From a virus (taxonomy: Duplodnaviria; Caudoviricetes): a stretch of DNA of 64,000 bases. The first letter of the stretch is position 1. Each line of letters starts with the position of its first letter. The notes under the pieces are model-generated. The model ran no database searches. It was not told where the DNA came from and saw nothing but the letters and a program-made list of their open reading frames with translations. This document shows positions 27,817 through 33,918 of this stretch, piece by piece. The stretch is taken from the IMG/VR virus record IMGVR_UViG_3300034062_006701, one strand, 5' to 3'. The translations under genes and the position numbers were made by a program.

Positions 27817-28563
27817 TTATTTAAGAGACATTATATCTTCTTTTTTCCACACAATCAAGCTTTCCTTAAATTGATTCCATTTACATCGATCAAGCTCTGT
27901 TTCAAATCCTTTTACTTCCAAATAACCACCAAGTTCTTCTACCCAAAAATCAGGTGTATAATAAGCATCTCTACCGTTCAAGTGAACATATTTAAACCGT
28001 TGCGTATTTCTCTTCCAATTATAATTTTTACTATCTAACCATTTTGCAACTCTAAGCTCCCACGTGCCATCCACAGTTATATCACCAGCGATTGGACTCA
28101 AATACGTGTATTTTTTGCATCTACCGGCTTTATTGTCCCACCCTTCAGCGTGTCTACGTAATGCGCTTTGTCTAATAAGTTCTTTAGATTTTTCTGTATG
28201 TTTACGACCAGTATATACCGTCCTACCGGTAATATAGTTTTCACGCTTAGTATTTAAAAGTTTTTGAACGCGTGGATCTTCAGCTGTTAAACCCTTGTTC
28301 CACGCCGTGCTTCCTTTTTGTCTGCCTGCATTAGGTGACCGCTTTCCAGGTATTCTATTGGGATTTAATTTACATCTTTTAATATGTACGATAAGCGATC
28401 CCTTGTTAAGAATTTCCTTATTACAGAAATTACACTTTGTATCATTATATTGTGCATATAGCCTTTTACCGCACTGTTTACCATTTAAATGACGCTGTAT
28501 CGTTGATAAAGATATTTTTTTATTGCAACCAGGGCAATCTGTGTAGTTTCTTTTAATTTTCAC
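27817..28563 (-). CDS. Free-standing homing-type endonuclease (Zn fingers, NUMOD3-like, PD-(D/E)XK)
   Basis: CPGC, CNFC...H...C, GRKHTEKSKELIR, YTPDFWV...YLEVKG; GTG start at 28563. Confidence 0.8.
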   Translation of the reverse strand: MKIKRNYTDCPGCNKKISLSTIQRHLNGKQCGKRLYAQYNDTKCNFCNKEILNKGSLIVHIKRCKLNPNRIPGKRSPNAGRQKGSTAWNKGLTAEDPRVQKLLNTKRENYITGRTVYTGRKHTEKSKELIRQSALRRHAEGWDNKAGRCKKYTYLSPIAGDITVDGTWELRVAKWLDSKNYNWKRNTQRFKYVHLNGRDAYYTPDFWVEELGGYLEVKGFETELDRCKWNQFKESLIVWKKEDIMSLK

Positions 28564-28609
28564 CAAAGATATTTAGTCTAGACGGTCACTTTTAACCACT
28601 CTTACAAAC

Positions 28610-28696
28610 AAGAGGTGGAGGGATTCGAACCCCCGAGACCGGTTATGGTCTGGCGATTTAGTAAATCGCTCTCGTCGACCGCTTGAGTACACCTCC
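28610..28696 (-). tRNA. trnS: tRNA-Ser(ACU), A34 anticodon
   Basis: GCGAT-TTACTAA-ATCGC; long arm; GGAGGTG acceptor; no CCA. Confidence 0.88.
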
Positions 28697-28725
28697 GTGT
28701 TATATAAGAAAATTTTATTATAAGT

Positions 28726-29306
28726 GCTCCTGGTCGCTCAATCCAGAGCTAAATTAAACTTTTTTAATTAACCTTCACGTCGATAGAAACGACCTCCGGT
28801 TTTACGACAGGGACCTTAACTCGAAGAAGGCCGTCTGTGTATGTTGATGAGATGTTCTTAATGTCCGTATTGTCATTGAGGGTGAAGGACAATTGTCCCT
28901 TCCTCCTACTAATGCCCTTACGGTGGAAGTGGACGGTCTCATCATGTTCCTCTTCCTCTTTATTAACATTAATGTGGAGTCGACCCTCCTTAACATTAAC
29001 GGTAATATTGTCTTTACCGACCCCTGCCAACGCTACTTCAATATAGTATGCGTATGGATTCCCATCAGGATCGGTTTCCGATACGATGTTATAAGGATAT
29101 GTAGCATTTGGAATATCAAATGCTTTATCAAAATCCTTGATAACGCTGCTTAGCCAACTTTCGTTAAACAGGCCTGGAAGATGGCTATAACCAGTACCTG
29201 CTGCCGGGATTACCCGACCTAGTGTGTATGTGTGTGTTGTCATATATGTTCTCCTTTGTTAAGCGAGTTAATATGTTTACTTTAGTCCTGTTTGAGCGAC
29301 CAGAGC
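28726..29306 (-). repeat. 15/16-bp inverted repeat bracketing hsp20
   Basis: gctcctggtcgctcaa (28726-28741) versus ttgagcgaccagagc (29292-29306). Confidence 0.85.
28764..29243 (-). CDS. hsp20: Small heat-shock protein Hsp20/IbpA family
   Basis: YPYNIV, IEVALAG, HRKGIS.R.F.L, TYTDGLLRVKVP. Confidence 0.93.
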   Translation of the reverse strand: MTTHTYTLGRVIPAAGTGYSHLPGLFNESWLSSVIKDFDKAFDIPNATYPYNIVSETDPDGNPYAYYIEVALAGVGKDNITVNVKEGRLHINVNKEEEEHDETVHFHRKGISRRKGQLSFTLNDNTDIKNISSTYTDGLLRVKVPVVKPEVVSIDVKVN

Positions 29307-29311
29307 AAATA

Positions 29312-29319
29312 TATTTATA
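29312..29319 (-). promoter_or_regulatory. T4-type late promoter for hsp20
   Basis: Perfect TATAAATA. Confidence 0.75.
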
Positions 29320-29343
29320 TACGACTATTCTTATTTGGCAATA

Positions 29344-30021
29344 CTAGAATTTAATTTTTTTCTTAAAATCTTTAAAATTACTCTTAAGCTCAAGAACAAC
29401 ATCGGTAATATTCTCGAGTTCCTTTTTATTGAGTTTTGTTTTACTCTTCAGAGATAAGAATTCGGTAGAAAAGTACGCCTGTAACTCATCATTGATAACA
29501 GACTTATCGTATCCCAATTCAAATAAAACACCGACTGCTTTCTTTTTAGCGGAAGGTATAAGCTTTTTTAGAATTGAATTTGCCTTCTTTTTATACTCTT
29601 CATCTAAGAAATATAAAGCATGACATACTTCGTGCTCCACAGTCTTCTTATTATCATCTGAACCTATTAGGTAGTAGTGATTAGGTATGGGTATCTCTTT
29701 ATTAATCTTCTTGTGTATATTCTCAATAATCTCATCATATACATTATAATCTTCAATACCGAGCTTAAAGAGATTGGCTATAACCGGGCCAGGAACATTG
29801 AAACCACCCCAATCCTCAGGGTACGTAAAAACACCTCCGTTCTTTTTAGAATACAGTGACATGAGCTCAACAAGCGTGAATTTCTGTCCCTTTATCTGCT
29901 TAATAGGCGATTCATAGAACTCCTGAACCCTACAGAACGTCATCGCTAAATCATACATATCCTTAATTGAACAGAGATAGATACCGGGATAGAGGTTTTT
30001 AAGTGTGTAGTTGACGTTCAT
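29344..30021 (-). CDS. Hypothetical phage protein
   Basis: ORF track; HEVCH motif; late box upstream. Confidence 0.65.
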   Translation of the reverse strand: MNVNYTLKNLYPGIYLCSIKDMYDLAMTFCRVQEFYESPIKQIKGQKFTLVELMSLYSKKNGGVFTYPEDWGGFNVPGPVIANLFKLGIEDYNVYDEIIENIHKKINKEIPIPNHYYLIGSDDNKKTVEHEVCHALYFLDEEYKKKANSILKKLIPSAKKKAVGVLFELGYDKSVINDELQAYFSTEFLSLKSKTKLNKKELENITDVVLELKSNFKDFKKKIKF

Positions 30022-30037
30022 TTTGTATTTATTAAGA

Positions 30038-30112
30038 TGGCAGTCTCACGGAGACTCGAACTCCGATTCTGCGGATGAAAACCGCATGTCCTAGCCGTTA
30101 GACGATGAGACC
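30038..30112 (-). tRNA. trnE: tRNA-Glu(UUC)
   Basis: TGCGG-TTTTCAT-CCGCA; CCA. Confidence 0.95.
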
Positions 30113-30124
30113 GTTATTAGTTTG

Positions 30125-30201
30125 TGGTCGGCGAGACAGGAATTGAACCTGCAACCACGTGCTCCCAAAGCACGTGCTCTACCAAGTTGAGCTACTCGCC
30201 G
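30125..30201 (-). tRNA. trnP: tRNA-Pro(UGG)
   Basis: CGTGC-TTTGGGA-GCACG; C1-G72; CCA. Confidence 0.95.
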
Positions 30202-30216
30202 TTGATCACGATAAAT

Positions 30217-30291
30217 TGGTGCGCTATGACAGAGTCGAACTGTCCTCTCAGCCTTGGCAAGGCCACGTATTAGCCGATATACGAATAACGC
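30217..30291 (-). tRNA. trnG: tRNA-Gly(GCC)
   Basis: TGGCC-TTGCCAA-GGCTG; CCA. Confidence 0.93.
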
Positions 30292-30334
30292 GCTTATTAT
30301 ACTTACATCATAGAATGGCTCAAGCAAATACTTT

Positions 30335-30982
30335 CTACCAATTTAAGGCCTGAAATGTACATGGAAAGTGTTCTTTAAAGATATCTCTAATAGCGTACGC
30401 GATTTCACGATGCTCCTTCTGCGTATCCTCTTTTGCTCTAATATCAATATAATGAATCCATGAACGGATTGTACCTGACATATAGATTGTAGTAGAAGTA
30501 TTGAGAGGAAGAACCATTCTCGCACACTCTTTAGCAATTCCACCATCTACCAATTTACTATATGCATACGTCGCCCACTTTTGAGCACAATTAATAGCTT
30601 CTCTTTGCTCGTTTGTTAATGACTCAAGAGGTATGACATCGTCACCGACCTGTCTATTAGTTTTTCCCTGCATTCTCCATTCAATATCTTCAAGCTCCGT
30701 TGTTGATGAATACCTCTGACTAAATTCCTGAAAAGAAAAACTACGATGGCGGAGAATTTGTGCTGCAATTGCCCGAGAGGTTTTGATCTCTACAGTCATG
30801 CTTACCATCTCATAAGGTGACCAATGTTTATGTTTAATCAAATAAGCAAGAAGCCTTGGTGCTGTCTCGGTATTAAGCTGGTTTGTAGGATTTGAGACTC
30901 TAGCACAATAGCTAATAAGCTCTTCAGCCGTTGTAATACCTTCAATCTTTGGTTCAGTAATTGATATGAGTTTAACGTTCAT
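30335..30982 (-). CDS. thyX: FAD-dependent thymidylate synthase
   Basis: HWSPYE, RHRSFSFQEFSQRY, KECARMVLP. Confidence 0.97.
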   Translation of the reverse strand: MNVKLISITEPKIEGITTAEELISYCARVSNPTNQLNTETAPRLLAYLIKHKHWSPYEMVSMTVEIKTSRAIAAQILRHRSFSFQEFSQRYSSTTELEDIEWRMQGKTNRQVGDDVIPLESLTNEQREAINCAQKWATYAYSKLVDGGIAKECARMVLPLNTSTTIYMSGTIRSWIHYIDIRAKEDTQKEHREIAYAIRDIFKEHFPCTFQALNW

Positions 30983-30987
30983 TATAT

Positions 30988-31020
30988 AAAAAGAACAACC
31001 CCGGTGCTACACACCGGGGT
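30988..31020 (-). terminator. Rho-independent terminator
   Basis: ACCCCGGTG/CACCGGGGT hairpin followed by a U-tract. Confidence 0.75.
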
Positions 31021-31034
31021 GTTACTTTGATTGT

Positions 31035-32132
31035 TTAGGCTTCCAGGTTAGCTGGAGCAACTGACCGGAAAGGGTCTGGTGCAACTGCTGCGAAGTCAGG
31101 TCCGGTGAAGAACATGTCTGAAGCCAGACGATTAAGTTCCATTCGGAGAGCGATATCCTGATCAGTAGTCCTATGGGTAGCGACGTTGGTCAGGTTATTG
31201 AACAAGTCGTAAGCGTTGACGTTTGAATTAGCAGTCGCCATCCAACGATTACCCTTACCCTTGAGAGCGATACCAGCGTCAGTGTAGCGGCGCTTGATCT
31301 CCTGATCGTTGAACATAGTAGCACCGAGCTCCTTATCAACCCTCATAGCGATTGCACGTGCTGTATTGAACTCACGGAGTGAGGCGTTATGGTTGCGGAG
31401 GCGGTTACCAGCCATCTGTACCTCTTCCTTGATAATGTCACCGGATAGGAACTTACGGACCTGGGTATCGAAGGTCTTCTGGGTGAAGTCTGCGCTATCA
31501 ACAAAACGCTGAGCCATACGATGTACAGCAGTCATTCCGTTAGAGCAGACAAGACGGAGAAGATAAGGATAGAACTGTGACTTGTTAAGCGAGAAGTTCA
31601 TACCAAACCCGCTCTTCCAGACATCCTTTCCATCACCAAATACATCGATGTCAGCGTCAGGGTTCTTGAAGTTGATGGCGATACTGATGTTCGTGGGATC
31701 GAAGTAGAAATCCCTCAGCTCGAGGTTGTTGTTGTTCTCACGGAGATACTCCTCCGTATAGCGTAGACCATTGGAGAGATCTACCGCACGCTCTTCCTTA
31801 ATAGAACGATCGAAGATATTGTTAATCTCATTACTCTGACTATTTAGAACAGCGGTCACGCGCTTGTTCTTCCTAATGTTCGAGAGAGCATTGTGAAGAG
31901 GTGCCCACTGAGAGCTATCATCGCTAATCTCATTAACAAGCTGCTCCTTAACTCCAAGAACATTGATAAGGCTCTTAAGAGACTCCTGACGGAGCTGGTT
32001 ACCATTGTAGAAGAAGCTGTTACCCTTCTTTTCGATGTTTTCGACATCCAGAGGAACAAGGCTGTAACCTTGAAGCGTCTGGCGAATATTGTTGCTTTGG
32101 GCAACGAACTTATCTAGTGTTGTTGTACTCAT
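31035..32132 (-). CDS. DUF932-like phage protein
   Basis: LLRLVCSNGM and AYDLFNNLT motifs; start reassigned to ATG 32132 (MSTTTL). Confidence 0.65.
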   Translation of the reverse strand: MSTTTLDKFVAQSNNIRQTLQGYSLVPLDVENIEKKGNSFFYNGNQLRQESLKSLINVLGVKEQLVNEISDDSSQWAPLHNALSNIRKNKRVTAVLNSQSNEINNIFDRSIKEERAVDLSNGLRYTEEYLRENNNNLELRDFYFDPTNISIAINFKNPDADIDVFGDGKDVWKSGFGMNFSLNKSQFYPYLLRLVCSNGMTAVHRMAQRFVDSADFTQKTFDTQVRKFLSGDIIKEEVQMAGNRLRNHNASLREFNTARAIAMRVDKELGATMFNDQEIKRRYTDAGIALKGKGNRWMATANSNVNAYDLFNNLTNVATHRTTDQDIALRMELNRLASDMFFTGPDFAAVAPDPFRSVAPANLEA

Positions 32133-32217
32133 GACCCCCTTATAATACGGGCACGAGAAAAGGAACTCCAGAAATTTCTTTAGGATTCCGGAAGTACTTT
32201 GTAATTCCTTGATTTTA

Positions 32218-32265
32218 AATAAAAAAACCGGAGCTGGAATGTGACTAGCACCCAACTCCGGTTTT
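32218..32265 (-). terminator. Rho-independent terminator closing the tRNA/ncRNA transcript
   Basis: AAAACCGGAGTTGG...CCAGCTCCGGTTTTTTTT. Confidence 0.75.
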
Positions 32266-32269
32266 CTCT

Positions 32270-32928
32270 TTTATACGATCCTCTCACCAACGCGCTGGTA
32301 TCAACAAGGCATCGAGTCTGCTTTTCTTTATTCCCTCTGCATTTGTGCTGGGGTTACAACACGATTAGGACTTGAGACCTTTGGCGACTACGGATAGCTA
32401 ATCCATTCACCAGTAGCATTACTAAAGAAATTATTGGTATTGAAAGATTTTATTCCGGATTTTGTTCTTTCCTCAACGGGTACCGGCATGGAGCCAGCGC
32501 GCCGTCCAGTCTGTGTTTATTAAAGCAAGGGATCAAAGCTGTACGCAGGTTTTTGGCTCCCCCTCTGAAAATACGTCTACTAACTTACCAACAGACAACT
32601 CAACGCATCTCTCCCACGGATTATACCTACAACGCGGGAACTTATTTTAATGATTACTGGCCTATCGGAGCTAGGAAGTTTATAGCTCCCGTTCTTTAAG
32701 ACTTGTGAAACTCTTAAAACTACTAGGTCGCTACTACCCGCGGCTTCGGACTAGTATTGCTACTACCGAGAACTATACGCAGTAATCAAATTATTATGAC
32801 CGGGGTGGTTGTAATCCATCCTAGTGCACCGGTTGATGAAGGCCTTTCAGAGCGAACCTAGTCACGCACACGTACGGTTCAGACCTTAGATGGTCTTCGG
32901 CTCTTTCGATCGAGCCTGCGAACGGTCA
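32270..32928 (-). ncRNA. Large structured non-coding RNA locus (one large RNA or three modules)
   Basis: No credible ORF; closing helices TGACCG/CGGTCA (32797-32928) and TGATTACTG/CAGTAATCA (32651-32788); many internal hairpins. Confidence 0.6.
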
Positions 32929-32932
32929 AATT

Positions 32933-33005
32933 TGGCAGGGCCGGGAATCGAACCCGGAATCTTGTGGTTATGAGCCACACGACTTAACCGTTTGTCCACC
33001 CTGCG
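32933..33005 (-). tRNA. trnfM: tRNA-Met(CAU), initiator-like
   Basis: C1:C72 mismatch; A11-U24; loop CT-CAT-AA. Confidence 0.85.
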
Positions 33006-33081
33006 TTAAAATGTACTATCAAAGATCAATTCTTATTCCATTAATATATAGTCTATAGTAGGGACTGGCAAGAATAAAAAA

Positions 33082-33158
33082 TGGCACGTGGTGAAAGAAT
33101 CGAACTTTCCCAATCGCTTTTGGAGAGCAATTCGCCTATCCTTGGAACATTACCACGC
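33082..33158 (-). tRNA. trnW: tRNA-Trp(CCA)
   Basis: TTGCT-CTCCAAA-AGCGA; G73; CCA. Confidence 0.92.
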
Positions 33159-33164
33159 AAAAAG

Positions 33165-33247
33165 TGGAGCCTGTGGAGGGACTCGAACCCCCGTTGTTTG
33201 TATACCACTTTACAAAAGTGGTGCTGTCGCCGCTGAGCCACACAGGC
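33165..33247 (-). tRNA. trnT: tRNA-Thr(UGU) with a 12-nt variable region
   Basis: CCACT-TTTGTAA-AGTGG; G1-C72, C2-G71, U73; CCA. Confidence 0.88.
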
Positions 33248-33262
33248 GTGAAAATTATTTAG

Positions 33263-33347
33263 ACCGCAACTAGAGCGAATTCAATCTTTCGGAGGATTGC
33301 TAATACCTCGTTCCTAACAGGAATTCTACCTGCTCTCTAATTGCAGT
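33263..33347 (-). ncRNA. Unassigned 85-nt structured RNA candidate
   Basis: 13-bp closing helix ACTGCAATTAGAG/CTCTAGTTGCGGT; its two G-U pairs favour the minus strand; inner hairpins. Confidence 0.55.
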
Positions 33348-33351
33348 AAAT

Positions 33352-33800
33352 TGGTGGAGGCGTCGGAGATCTGCCCTCCGAGTCCTTATAATATTTCTCT
33401 TATATTTTCTACACGCTTATGTAAGTTTAGGATTTGATTGACTACAGGCTCCTATGGCTTACCAGCCTATCTTTTTAAGTCTGCCTATATAGATGAAGAG
33501 TTCTATACAACCCCTTGTACTGAGTTTTCTAGGAGTCACAAGTACCTCCATAACCTATTGGTTTAGCTCCCTAAGATCTTTAATAGGATCCAATCTTAGT
33601 TTTTAGGCAGCGAGGAGTGACTCTTCTTCGCAGCTGGCGAGGATATCGTCAGCGTTGTTGAAACAGTACTCAGCTTCTGCTAAGAGCGCATCGATGTTAT
33701 CTTCTGCGTTTAGTTTTTTAGAAGGCTTTTATAGTGGCCAACCTTCCAACCACTGCGTGCAATATAAAACCAGACTATAAGTCGATTCTATGTCGCCCCC
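33352..33800 (-). ncRNA. ssrA: tmRNA, 449 nt
   Basis: 5' GGGGGCGACATAGAATCGAC; 3' CGCCTCCACCA with G3-U70; internal tag ORF 33707-33603 ending LLAA. Confidence 0.95.
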
Positions 33801-33918
33801 ATAAATTTCAAAGATCATTGAGCGTATATGCTCTTATTTCCTATAATATATATGCTCTAGAGAGTGTGGCAAGTCTTAATCTGCTTGGTTTTTAGCTATT
33901 TTTTACTAAATACCTATA

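Noticed and set aside
28567-28602. Endonuclease as an intron-encoded ORF within a second split tRNA
   Set aside because: No matching 3' tRNA half or group I core downstream of the ORF stop at 27817
32440-32480. RNase P RNA (GAGGAAAG motif)
   Set aside because: Not followed by UCC, and no CR-V (AGAAxxCGGCUUA) partner for P4
22653-33005. Theta (HDV-like) ribozymes after tRNAs lacking CCA
   Set aside because: The trailers of Leu-UAG, Asn, Ser-ACU, fMet and Gln show no nested double-pseudoknot pattern that I could find
33165-33247. tRNA-Tyr(GUA) reading of the Thr tRNA
   Set aside because: The shifted register gives a poor anticodon stem; the acceptor identity elements are Thr-type
30091-33273. 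ORFs 30091..30327, 30159..30353, 32462..32650, 33053..33241, 33088..33273
   Set aside because: They overlap tRNA or ncRNA genes; chance open frames
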